A stretch of DNA of 64,000 nucleotides from IMG/VR virus record IMGVR_UViG_3300032250_000184, positions 8,708 to 72,707 of that record, one strand, 5' to 3'. A model generated the notes under the pieces. The model searched no databases. It saw nothing but the letters and a program-made list of their open reading frames with translations, and had not been told where the DNA came from. The position numbers and the translations under genes were made by a program. Below, one piece after another: positions 37,068-45,621 of the stretch. Positions within the stretch are counted from its first letter, which is position 1, and every line of letters begins with the position of its first letter. The DNA is from a virus. Taxonomy: Duplodnaviria; Caudoviricetes.

Positions 37068-37096
37068 ATTATATAGGATCTTTTTTGTCTTGTCAA
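37068..37096 (-). promoter_or_regulatory. Consensus sigma70 promoter of the tRNA operon
   Basis: TTGACA-17-TATAAT. Confidence 0.85.
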
Positions 37097-37109
37097 GCAA
37101 TTTTATTAA

Positions 37110-37607
37110 TTATTTCCAACCAAGCGGTTCTATTTCTATTGGTGAGTCAGGATCAACAACATGGTCAAATACTTCCCACAACTTTTCTTTTACTGCAAAC
37201 TTTGTAAACAATCCAGATTGCATCCCGTAAGCTTCTACTTCCCATGGTTGGAACCAATAATCTGGTTCCAAAACTTTACTACCTTTCCATCGAGTAAGAT
37301 TTATATTAACATCACCATGTACATACTGTTTAATATGTACCATCTCATGACTTAGTGTTTTTAATATCTCAGCTGCACCAATACCTGGATGTAATTCTAT
37401 TTCAAATTGTCTTGGTTTATTACTACGACTAAACTCTACAACTGAAGCATATCCGTGTGCATTAATTTTTGAACTGAACTTAATTCTTAAAAAAATGTTT
37501 TCCAACATCCTAGGTGTCATTAAAGATTCTGCGTAAAACAGAGCAGCCCTTTTCACATAGGGACGGAAACGTTGTTTATCGGGACAACCGACTATACTTA
37601 ACTGCAT
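37110..37607 (-). CDS. HExxH zinc metallopeptidase-like protein
   Basis: LSHEMVHIKQY, PWEVEAY; AAGGAGA RBS before ATG 37607. Confidence 0.75.
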   Translation of the reverse strand: MQLSIVGCPDKQRFRPYVKRAALFYAESLMTPRMLENIFLRIKFSSKINAHGYASVVEFSRSNKPRQFEIELHPGIGAAEILKTLSHEMVHIKQYVHGDVNINLTRWKGSKVLEPDYWFQPWEVEAYGMQSGLFTKFAVKEKLWEVFDHVVDPDSPIEIEPLGWK

Positions 37608-37670
37608 TTTAGGTCTCTCCTTAGTAAATTGACCCAATAATTGCATTAATCCGTTGATACTCACACTGCT

Positions 37671-37754
37671 TATTTATGACCAACACACATTTCACCAGGT
37701 GAAATTACTTCTGTATTTGTTCTATTATTATATCACATTTGGTCAAAAAGTCAA
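37671..37754 (-). promoter_or_regulatory. sigma70 promoter, 17-bp palindrome and late promoter
   Basis: TTGACT 37754-37749, TATAAT 37732-37727; ATTTCACC-A-GGTGAAAT 37689-37705; ATAAATA 37677-37671. Confidence 0.6.
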
Positions 37755-38139
37755 GCCCCTGTGAATCCCTGTAGGAATCACGGTAATATACCTTTTTGAT
37801 GCCTGCGGTATATATTTGTTTAGCACAATCAATGCAAGGTGCATGGGTCAGGAACATCATGGAACCATCTCCAGACTCGGAACTCTTGGCCAACTTAGCG
37901 ATGGCATTGGCCTCAGCGTGAATCACCTCAGGTTTGGTTTTTGAGAATACCGTATCATCTGATAGTACGGTATAGTTTTCACATTCATTTGTCCAACCAG
38001 CAGGCATTCCATTATAACCAATAGAGATAATTCTATCTTCTTTAACTACAATCGCACCTACCTGTAACCGTTTGGCTGAAGATAATTTGGCAAACCTTTC
38101 GGCCACGTCCATGTAGGCATCAATAAATTTTTGTTTCAT
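37705..38139 (-). CDS. cd: dCMP deaminase
   Basis: IGYNG, HAEANAI, PCIDC. Confidence 0.92.
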   Translation of the reverse strand: MKQKFIDAYMDVAERFAKLSSAKRLQVGAIVVKEDRIISIGYNGMPAGWTNECENYTVLSDDTVFSKTKPEVIHAEANAIAKLAKSSESGDGSMMFLTHAPCIDCAKQIYTAGIKKVYYRDSYRDSQGLDFLTKCDIIIEQIQK

Positions 38140-38732
38140 CGTTTTGTAAAACTTTCAATAATTCTAATAAATGACCATACATTATTCCTAATGGATGAAT
38201 CATAAAGTGCCATCTGTTCTAATACAGCATCTTCAATTCCAGCACTAAATTGATTTTTCGAAATTTTAATTGTGGCTTCTTTTTCGAAAGAATCTAAAGT
38301 AACAATCGTCATGTTATTCTTTTTGGCAATATGTTGTATCGTTTTATTCTCCGACAAACAATGCATGAATAATGATTCCGAACCCATTGCTCTGGCCCAA
38401 ATAGCACCACGATTAAACAATTCTTGGCCAATTTTTTGATCACGATAATCAGGACTAACCGTTAATCCTAATTCAGCAGATTTTGTTTTTTTGTCGTAAG
38501 CAACATGACAAGAAGCTACAAAATTGCATCCATCTTCCACAACAAACCACATATTCTTAAAACCATAATGTTCGAAAGATTTATCACAAATGTATCTTTC
38601 TATGATATCATCATTAACAATGTTGCCAAATCTCAATCTCCTATCATCACCACGAATGTCATCATAGAAGTGTTTTACCAATCTATCAATGTCCATTTTG
38701 TGTGGAACTAATTTTCTAGGAATCATTACCAA
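38136..38732 (-). CDS. GNAT family acetyltransferase
   Basis: LRFG, AELGLTVSPDYRDQKIGQELF motif A, N...IAKK. Confidence 0.8.
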   Translation of the reverse strand: MVMIPRKLVPHKMDIDRLVKHFYDDIRGDDRRLRFGNIVNDDIIERYICDKSFEHYGFKNMWFVVEDGCNFVASCHVAYDKKTKSAELGLTVSPDYRDQKIGQELFNRGAIWARAMGSESLFMHCLSENKTIQHIAKKNNMTIVTLDSFEKEATIKISKNQFSAGIEDAVLEQMALYDSSIRNNVWSFIRIIESFTKR

Positions 38733-38908
38733 CTCCCATCATCAAACCAAACTCGAATCGTGATTGGTAACAATTCAACAATCAAAGCATCTTGTTCCCA
38801 AGCCTCGTTTGTCTTAAAATACTCAAAACCTATTCTCCAATGAAAAGGATTTAATTTGAGTGTGATATTACATCCAGAATATTTAAACCACTTAATGATT
38901 GATTTCAT
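38726..38908 (-). CDS. Hypothetical protein
   Basis: Short ORF coupled to neighbours. Confidence 0.6.
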   Translation of the reverse strand: MKSIIKWFKYSGCNITLKLNPFHWRIGFEYFKTNEAWEQDALIVELLPITIRVWFDDGSW

Positions 38909-39111
38909 TTCAATCCTTTGAGTGTATATTTTGTGATTTTATCTTTGACCATGGAAGGTATATCTAAGTAAGGCCATTCTAGAAAGAATGGACATCCATC
39001 TTTTCCCCATGAATGGTTGTGTAGATACTTTCTAACCAATACCAAATCGTCTTTGTTACTGGCGTCAAATTCATGACGTTGCATATTTTTAAAATTTTGA
39101 ATTTTATTCAT
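38905..39111 (-). CDS. Hypothetical protein
   Basis: Short ORF with 4-nt overlaps. Confidence 0.6.
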   Translation of the reverse strand: MNKIQNFKNMQRHEFDASNKDDLVLVRKYLHNHSWGKDGCPFFLEWPYLDIPSMVKDKITKYTLKGLK

Positions 39112-39299
39112 TTCACATACTCCACATTATCTTTACGCATCCAAAATGTATGCTGTAGTTTTTGACTAGGTAAATCCTTGACAACAGGAATAAAAGTAAC
39201 ACCCTCAATCTGTTTGGTTTCCCAATTAGAGTAGGTGTAGTAGATATCGGAGTTAGTTTTAGAACGAACTTTTTTGAGTATAGGTTTCACATTTTTCAT
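39108..39299 (-). CDS. Hypothetical protein
   Basis: Start MKNVKP at 39299, just after promoter TTGCCA-17-TATAAT (39334-39306); probably leaderless. Confidence 0.6.
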   Translation of the reverse strand: MKNVKPILKKVRSKTNSDIYYTYSNWETKQIEGVTFIPVVKDLPSQKLQHTFWMRKDNVEYVK

Positions 39300-39358
39300 A
39301 ATATAATTATAACAGAAAGATGAGGGATTGGCAACCAACCCCTCACATTATTACCAAA

Positions 39359-39790
39359 TTATTTAATGGCAATCTTTTTGATGTTATCTTGGGTTTGTAC
39401 CAAAGATTCCAACCAGATTTTTAACATACCATTCATCATTTCTGCATTACCAATTTCTACCTTGTCGGCAAGTTTAAATGTATGTTGGAAATCACGGTTA
39501 GCAATTCCTTTGTGTATAAATTCACCAACTTCAGAATCATCTTCTTTAGCTGCACCAGAAACAATCAGTTTGTTACCGTCCAATGTAAGTTCAATATCAG
39601 ACTTAGTGAAACCAGCAACAGCCATTTCAATGACCCACTTCTTTTCATTTACTTTTCTGATGTTGTATGGAGGGTATTTCTGAAGTTGTTTGGAAGCCAA
39701 TTCATTAATTTCAGCAATATCATCTAAGATATGTGAAAAACCAATTGAGAATGGATCAAACGTTTTGTGAAATTCATTTACTGTGAACAT
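39359..39790 (-). CDS. Small heat-shock protein Hsp20 (IbpA-like)
   Basis: YPPYNI, EMAVAGF, HKGIANRDF, NGMLKI. Confidence 0.93.
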   Translation of the reverse strand: MFTVNEFHKTFDPFSIGFSHILDDIAEINELASKQLQKYPPYNIRKVNEKKWVIEMAVAGFTKSDIELTLDGNKLIVSGAAKEDDSEVGEFIHKGIANRDFQHTFKLADKVEIGNAEMMNGMLKIWLESLVQTQDNIKKIAIK

Positions 39791-39950
39791 ATAGTTCTCC
39801 TTATATTAAGCGAGTTTTTCAAAAGTGATACCCCGAAGGCGTATCTGTTTTACTGGTTACGGTATCCAGCGGCATCGTAGCGTCATGCCCGCTTTAAAAC
39901 GCTTCGTAACTTAGCGGTCCTAAGGTGAAGCCAGTATATCAGTATTTATA
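39791..39950 (-). promoter_or_regulatory. Late promoter and structured hsp20 5' UTR ending in a ROSE-like SD hairpin
   Basis: TATAAATA 39950-39943; multi-hairpin leader; CTCGCTT pairs with AAGGAG with bulged G. Confidence 0.7.
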
Positions 39951-39957
39951 CTAAGAG

Positions 39958-40365
39958 TCAATAAATTCCTGGTTTTTTACCAATACTGTATTTTGGTACT
40001 AATTCCCAATCGTCTTTTTCTTTGTGTGAAAGAATCTTAATTTGCGACAAAAATATTGGTGGTGGAATTTCTATTTGTTGTTTTCTGACAATGGTTATTA
40101 AACCCCAATCTTGCAATAACTTTATAATTGCATTCCTGCGAGATAAATCATTCTCTGTAATTTCGGTTGGTTTACCATCTAGTGCAAACAATTCTTTAAA
40201 GTGAACAATATAATATTGTCCTCTTTTGTGTAGTATATGACACGATTGAAATAGTATCTGGTCTTTTTTAGACGCCACTCCAATACGGGTTAGTGTTTCT
40301 CTAACTTTTAGAAAATCATCCTTTTCACCTAAAGTCACTTCAACTAAATCTGTAATATTAATCAT
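39958..40365 (-). CDS. regA: Translational repressor RegA
   Basis: FLKVRETLTRIGVAS, QSCHILHK, YIVHFKELFALDG. Confidence 0.95.
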   Translation of the reverse strand: MINITDLVEVTLGEKDDFLKVRETLTRIGVASKKDQILFQSCHILHKRGQYYIVHFKELFALDGKPTEITENDLSRRNAIIKLLQDWGLITIVRKQQIEIPPPIFLSQIKILSHKEKDDWELVPKYSIGKKPGIY

Positions 40366-40754
40366 TACTTGTTCACTCCGCCTTTATCTGTTTTTCTTTT
40401 TATTTCAGCGATTTGTTCATCAGTAAGAATTCGTAAAGCCTCTTTAGCCTTCTGGTTTGAGTACCCAAAGTAGGTTTTAACACATTCTATATTCTTGTCG
40501 GCCTCTGATTTCTGCCACGGTTGGAATTTCCGTTTCATAGACCTTACGGTATTTAGAAGATATTGGTATTGAAGGTCTTTATCGACCTCAGGATACAAAT
40601 TCATCTCATTCGCATATAGAACACAATCCATATGATAAGACAAAGCTCTATTGACCACAAAGGGCGTATAGTCTTTGGCGTCTATATCATCATGAATTAC
40701 AGACTTTTTAGTTTGAAGTATGGAAGGTATAATCTCCTTGAATAAATCTGGCAT
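40365..40754 (-). CDS. 62: Clamp loader small subunit (gp62)
   Basis: YTPFVVNRALS, ANEMN; synteny 44-62-regA. Confidence 0.9.
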   Translation of the reverse strand: MPDLFKEIIPSILQTKKSVIHDDIDAKDYTPFVVNRALSYHMDCVLYANEMNLYPEVDKDLQYQYLLNTVRSMKRKFQPWQKSEADKNIECVKTYFGYSNQKAKEALRILTDEQIAEIKRKTDKGGVNK

Positions 40755-41686
40755 TATTTGAACTCACAATCCACCATAATTTCTGTCAAACAGGCAATCA
40801 GATTAATCTCAGCATCAGCCACAAAAGCGGCTTGATATTGATATCGTGCAAGTATAAGAACCAACTGTGGTACAGATTGTGGTTTTAATGATTCATATAA
40901 ACCATCATACAGTTTACGGAAGATTCTGGCTGGATCGTTATCCAGATTATTAGTAACCCATTTACGAGCCGATGCAAAGTCTTTCTCTTTGAGTGCCTTG
41001 ATTAATTCACCAAGTTGTATATCACTAACGGAAGAAAGAATGCCTTTATCGATTGTACCAGAAACGGCATATCGTTGTAGTTCATTTAGAATTCTACGAT
41101 TATCAGGAAAGTGTTTTGTGATAACTGCAGCCACCACCTCTTTGTCGTATGTAACACCTTCTTGTTCTAGAATCCATTCTACTCTCTTAAAGAATTGAGC
41201 AGCCATTTTAGCCTTTTGGCCATTAAGTCGGAAGTCAATAACGGTACAACGAGAATGAATCGGATCAATAATACGATTCTTAAAGTTGCAAGTAAAGATA
41301 AATGAACAGTTTGAGGCGAACTCCTCAATCGCACCACGCAATGCAGGTTGAGTTGAATTAGGATTTAGATAGTCTGCTTCGTCAATGATGATGACCTTAC
41401 GACCACCCATTAAGGAGACTGATGATGCATAGTTTTTGATTTTAGTACGGAGAACATCAATGCCTGATTCGTCTGAACCGTTGATGATGATATAATCACA
41501 ACCAACTTCTTCACATAAGGCCTTGGCGATTGTTGTCTTGCCAACACCTGCACTACCAGATAACAGTAGGTTAGGTATTTCTTTTTTGTTTACATATTCT
41601 TGAAATGTGGATTTGATTGCATCCGGTAGGACGCAATCTTCCACTTTAGATGGTCGATACTTTTCGACCCACAATAAATGTTCCAT
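40754..41686 (-). CDS. 44: Clamp loader large subunit (gp44)
   Basis: WVEKYRP, GSAGVGKTT, IDEAD, SRC. Confidence 0.96.
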   Translation of the reverse strand: MEHLLWVEKYRPSKVEDCVLPDAIKSTFQEYVNKKEIPNLLLSGSAGVGKTTIAKALCEEVGCDYIIINGSDESGIDVLRTKIKNYASSVSLMGGRKVIIIDEADYLNPNSTQPALRGAIEEFASNCSFIFTCNFKNRIIDPIHSRCTVIDFRLNGQKAKMAAQFFKRVEWILEQEGVTYDKEVVAAVITKHFPDNRRILNELQRYAVSGTIDKGILSSVSDIQLGELIKALKEKDFASARKWVTNNLDNDPARIFRKLYDGLYESLKPQSVPQLVLILARYQYQAAFVADAEINLIACLTEIMVDCEFK

Positions 41687-41720
41687 TCAAAACTCCCATA
41701 ATATAATTTACAACATCATA

Positions 41721-41749
41721 ATAATAACACGGACCGAAGTCCGTGTCAA
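41721..41749 (-). terminator. UUCG hairpin overlapping a sigma70 promoter
   Basis: ACACGGAC-TTCG-GTCCGTGT (41746-41727); TTGACA 41749-41744, TATTAT 41726-41721. Confidence 0.65.
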
Positions 41750-41756
41750 GCGATTC

Positions 41757-42746
41757 TTAATTTTCTTCAATTAATTCCACAAGATCATCATCTAAGTCCA
41801 ACAATGAACTATAAGCCTGCAATTGTTTGCCTTTTAAATTCATAACGTAGACAGCAATGCAGTAAGCAATAGATTCATTTGGTATTTTATTTAACCTACG
41901 GTTGGTCAATGAATCTTGTTTCTTTGGAGGATTAACATTAATATATAAATGAAAATATTCTTGAATTTCTCCGAGAGAAATTGATTCATCCACCTCATCA
42001 TTAACATCCAAAAATTTACCTAAACCACACAACAAATAACCTGAAACATTCGGATCATTCTTCCAAGTATTTTGTATAATTTTGGAAGACTCAACAATAT
42101 TTTGGTGTTGAATTTTTTTGTTTTTCCAACAATCTTTTAACTGAACAAAACCTCCTAAAGTTTTATTTCCAGGATTTAGTTCTTCTACATCAAGACTGCA
42201 ATCACGAAGAAAATCCAAAAAATTAAGAGCTTCCGGATCTCTATATTGAATTTCTGCACGGAAGATTTCTTCTTGTTTCATGTTTTCGGTATCTGCATTA
42301 CGCATTTTAAACATTTGTGCTTCATATTCTTCACATTGTTTTACTGTGCGATTTGCAGGATGATAATAGATTGATGCTGGAATTGTTTCCAATTCACAAA
42401 TTCCTGCCATAAAAGCACGGCGGAATCCATCCCAAACATACAAATCACCATTAGGTCTTTTAGCCACATCAATATGACCTGCAGCTTCTTTATTAAAAGT
42501 ACCAGCAGATTTAAGTTTATCAATCAACTTCTTAAAACGCATCTTTCTTTGATATCGAATATCCACCTTTAACTCTTTGATTTGAACCAAAGATGGTGAA
42601 TTATCGTATTGTTTTGGCAATTCGATTTGGTCTAATGTTGTTTGTTTGAAGTTTGTTACAGATTTACCAATGTCCACAAGGTCTTTTAATTTGTAGTCTT
42701 GGTAATTAAGATTGGCCAATAGGCCAGCGGCTTCGCTGAATTTCAT
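41757..42746 (-). CDS. ParB/Srx-like (DGQHR-type) domain protein
   Basis: VDIRYQR, IDVAKRPNGDLYVWDGFRR. Confidence 0.6.
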   Translation of the reverse strand: MKFSEAAGLLANLNYQDYKLKDLVDIGKSVTNFKQTTLDQIELPKQYDNSPSLVQIKELKVDIRYQRKMRFKKLIDKLKSAGTFNKEAAGHIDVAKRPNGDLYVWDGFRRAFMAGICELETIPASIYYHPANRTVKQCEEYEAQMFKMRNADTENMKQEEIFRAEIQYRDPEALNFLDFLRDCSLDVEELNPGNKTLGGFVQLKDCWKNKKIQHQNIVESSKIIQNTWKNDPNVSGYLLCGLGKFLDVNDEVDESISLGEIQEYFHLYINVNPPKKQDSLTNRRLNKIPNESIAYCIAVYVMNLKGKQLQAYSSLLDLDDDLVELIEEN

Positions 42747-42820
42747 TTGTATTTCCTTTTAGATAAAAAGTTTAATTAAGGTGAGATAAATTAATATCTC
42801 ATAATTATATATAAAACATT

Positions 42821-43096
42821 TTACTTAACTTCTGTAATACCTTCAAATAATGCTTCAAATTCTTTAAACTCTGCCACTTCTTCTTGTAGTGATTGATTGT
42901 GTTGTACTTTAGCGATGCGTTTAATAATCTTCTTAGGAATCTTAAAGGTGTCGTAAGCTGCATCCACAATGTCTTTGATTTGACTATTGTGTGCTTCAAT
43001 CTGCCGAGTGGCATGGTTAATTTCTTCAATCACACCTTTGAGTGCCTTTAATTGAACTTCATCAAAAGTTCCAAATTGAGTTGTGATTGTTGGCAT
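42821..43096 (-). CDS. DsbA/GapR-like dsDNA-binding protein
   Basis: 91 aa helical pattern resembling T4 DsbA. Confidence 0.5.
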   Translation of the reverse strand: MPTITTQFGTFDEVQLKALKGVIEEINHATRQIEAHNSQIKDIVDAAYDTFKIPKKIIKRIAKVQHNQSLQEEVAEFKEFEALFEGITEVK

Positions 43097-43284
43097 TAGA
43101 TTTGTCCTTGTATAACACCAACAACATCAACTTGAGATTCTTCCACAACAACATTACCATTTGATAAACCAAGCACAGTTTTACCTTTCATATCACCTTC
43201 AGGCAAAACAAAAACCGCAACGACATACTTTGGATTAATTGCTACTTTCATTTGATTGGTTGCATCTGTAAAATATACTAACAT
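43096..43284 (-). CDS. Small beta-rich protein (FlbD-like)
   Basis: AINPKYVVAV...TVLGLSNGNVVVEES. Confidence 0.5.
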   Translation of the reverse strand: MLVYFTDATNQMKVAINPKYVVAVFVLPEGDMKGKTVLGLSNGNVVVEESQVDVVGVIQGQI

Positions 43285-43286
43285 AA

Positions 43287-43964
43287 TTACCCTTCAAATT
43301 TAGATTCTTTAGATTCTGTTGCTACCCAATATTCGATATCAACATTTTGATTTTTGAATGATGCCAAGCCTTTAGATGAGATTTCAACATTGTATGATCC
43401 TGGAATCATTTTAAGGTTGTCTGTTAAGAACACCATCTTAAAGTTTTTACCATTGCCTTCAGCAACTTCAATTGAGTTTGTGTGTGCTGCATCGTCTTTG
43501 GCGTTGAATGTGGTCAAACAGATTTTGTCGCCTTTAGATTCAACAGCAATATGTGGTGATTGTAGAACAGAAGCGCTCTTTAGAAGGTCACTAAAATCTT
43601 CTTTTGTTAAGGTAAAAGCAACATCAACAGAAGGAATACTTAATTCTTTTTCTGGCGGAGTAACAATCATTTCTTTTGCCGTCATACGATATTTTGTAGA
43701 CTTCTTAGGACCACTTTTGAAAATAACATTCTTGTCACCTTCAAATTCAATTTCAGTATTGTCAAACAGACCATGAACCGATAAGAACTGATTTAAATCA
43801 TAGATACAGAAATCTTGTGGAAATTCATCTTTAAGATTGGCTTTGGCAAGAACTGTCTTACCAGAGGACATCGTTTTGATTGTGTTGCCTTTTTTGAATT
43901 CAATACCAGAATTGATTGTCGAAAAGTTTTTTAATACATCAAGTGTATCTTTGGTTAACTTCAT
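43287..43964 (-). CDS. 45: Sliding clamp (gp45)
   Basis: LKNFSTINSGI, IYDLNQFL, YWVATE; promoter TTGACT-17-TATGAT at 44022-43994. Confidence 0.93.
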   Translation of the reverse strand: MKLTKDTLDVLKNFSTINSGIEFKKGNTIKTMSSGKTVLAKANLKDEFPQDFCIYDLNQFLSVHGLFDNTEIEFEGDKNVIFKSGPKKSTKYRMTAKEMIVTPPEKELSIPSVDVAFTLTKEDFSDLLKSASVLQSPHIAVESKGDKICLTTFNAKDDAAHTNSIEVAEGNGKNFKMVFLTDNLKMIPGSYNVEISSKGLASFKNQNVDIEYWVATESKESKFEG

Positions 43965-44023
43965 TTGTTTCTCCATTATGTAAAGTTGTTACTATCATAC
44001 TACATTCTAAAAAAGAAGTCAAG

Positions 44024-44410
44024 TTATTCTTTGGAATACTTAACATCGTGTTCGTATAAAAACATTAGGCAACACATTGCGTGTGCCAGATGCGGCAATC
44101 CAGACTCTTGGTCCGTTTGCTCACCTTGTTTCCAAGCCCAAAGGTGTCGTTGTAAGGCATCGAAATACCTACGCTTAGAATCAGGTACAAACTGCCAATT
44201 ATCAGGTTCATATTTTTGAGCACCAAAGGTCAATACTTTAACTGTTTCTTCCAATGCTAATGGTGGAAGAAGTCCATACATCAATTTACCACCATCAAAC
44301 TTACGGCCAATATCTTGTGGTTGCGGTACTGCATCTTCATATCCAGGTTGATAAGGAGCTTCTGCAACAATTCTATCACTATTATTTTTATATCCGTAAG
44401 GATTTCCCAT
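44024..44410 (-). CDS. dATP/dGTP diphosphohydrolase (DUF5664-like)
   Basis: GRKFDGGK, FGAQKY..DNW, ALQRH, ESGLPHLAHA. Confidence 0.82.
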   Translation of the reverse strand: MGNPYGYKNNSDRIVAEAPYQPGYEDAVPQPQDIGRKFDGGKLMYGLLPPLALEETVKVLTFGAQKYEPDNWQFVPDSKRRYFDALQRHLWAWKQGEQTDQESGLPHLAHAMCCLMFLYEHDVKYSKE

Positions 44411-45228
44411 CACATTTCTCCGACAAAATTTGCGACAGCTGGCATATCTCCATGAAAGTGATAGGTACCAATGTGTGATGTTTTCATCCAAGGACATAAC
44501 CAGATTGAACCGCCCATCTTACGCCACATCTGACAGAACATATAATCTTCTGATAGGTAACGATCCGAGCCACCACCAGTGATTGATTCTTTTGTATCAA
44601 TGACCGTATCAAAGAAAGCATGAATGTATCGTGATCCATCAAAGTTGGCCTGACCTACATGGTCTGGCTTGTAACGAATAGAAGGATACTGTTTGGTCAT
44701 TTTCTCAAACACATCACGGCGAATCATCATGAATCCAGTACCAATTTCTAGTACTTCAAGTGGTTCTGTAACCGAGAATTGTGCAGTACCTTTAACTGGA
44801 TTGAAAACATAATCACCAGTAACCTTTTCTAAAGTTTGTGGTTCAATATCTGGTTTCTTCTCAACAGCTTTCTTAACTGATTTCCATTTGATTGCCTTCT
44901 TAGGATAAGGACCGCCTGCAACATCTTTATCGAGTGCAAGTAAGGCAATCACATCTTGTGGATTGAAAGAAATGTCCGAGTCCAAGAACAACATATGGGT
45001 ACATTCAGAACGGTGAATAAACTCATCTACAAGATAGTTTCTTGCACGAGTAATTAGTGATTCATTGAAAAGAAATGAAAATTTAATCTGCACACCATAT
45101 TGAAAGCAGAGTCCTTGCAAATCTAAACATGCCTTCATGTATAGTCCGTGATTCATGCCGCCATACATTGGTGTAGCGACAAACAGACTCTTTTTTTGTA
45201 ATTCTTCTTTTTTAATTGAAATTTCCAT
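44410..45228 (-). CDS. GT-A fold glycosyltransferase
   Basis: FVATPMYGG, ESLITRARN, FLDSDI, GTGFM, YLSEDY; GGAGA RBS. Confidence 0.8.
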   Translation of the reverse strand: MEISIKKEELQKKSLFVATPMYGGMNHGLYMKACLDLQGLCFQYGVQIKFSFLFNESLITRARNYLVDEFIHRSECTHMLFLDSDISFNPQDVIALLALDKDVAGGPYPKKAIKWKSVKKAVEKKPDIEPQTLEKVTGDYVFNPVKGTAQFSVTEPLEVLEIGTGFMMIRRDVFEKMTKQYPSIRYKPDHVGQANFDGSRYIHAFFDTVIDTKESITGGGSDRYLSEDYMFCQMWRKMGGSIWLCPWMKTSHIGTYHFHGDMPAVANFVGEM

Positions 45229-45244
45229 TTGTTCTCCGAGAAAT

Positions 45245-45279
45245 AAAAAAAAAGGGGTAACCACTTTCGTGGAAACCCC
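45245..45279 (-). terminator. Intrinsic terminator
   Basis: GGGGT-tt-CCAC-GAAA-GTGG-tt-ACCCC then T run. Confidence 0.75.
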
Positions 45280-45294
45280 CTGCATCAAATCAGA

Positions 45295-45561
45295 TTAGAC
45301 TGATTGAACACGAACGCCATTAGCACGGCATTGTGCTTTGAAAGACTTGCTTGGTGTACCTAAGCGATACACAGTTTGTACTTCGCCGGCAATGTTTTTC
45401 TTGTTGCCGTAGATTGCGTAACCTTCTTGACGCAACTCAGAGATACGAGCAGAAACATTGGTGATACCAAAGCGGCGTTGAGCTTGTTTGGTTGTGAATG
45501 TGTTGTAGCCTTCTGTTTGTGTCAAAGCATTCAACATCTTTTCTTTTGCTGATAATTTCAT
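45295..45561 (-). CDS. Winged helix-turn-helix DNA-binding protein
   Basis: FTTKQAQRRFGITNVSARISELRQEGYAI; GGAG RBS. Confidence 0.75.
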   Translation of the reverse strand: MKLSAKEKMLNALTQTEGYNTFTTKQAQRRFGITNVSARISELRQEGYAIYGNKKNIAGEVQTVYRLGTPSKSFKAQCRANGVRVQSV

Positions 45562-45621
45562 GTAAAACTCCATAGTTTAGTTAATAATAAATCTCGTCAG
45601 ACATCTTCAACGAGTGAACAC

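Noticed and set aside
44024-44410. Z-base (diaminopurine) genome inferred from the DUF5664-like gene
   Set aside because: No purZ in the window, and this family also occurs without it
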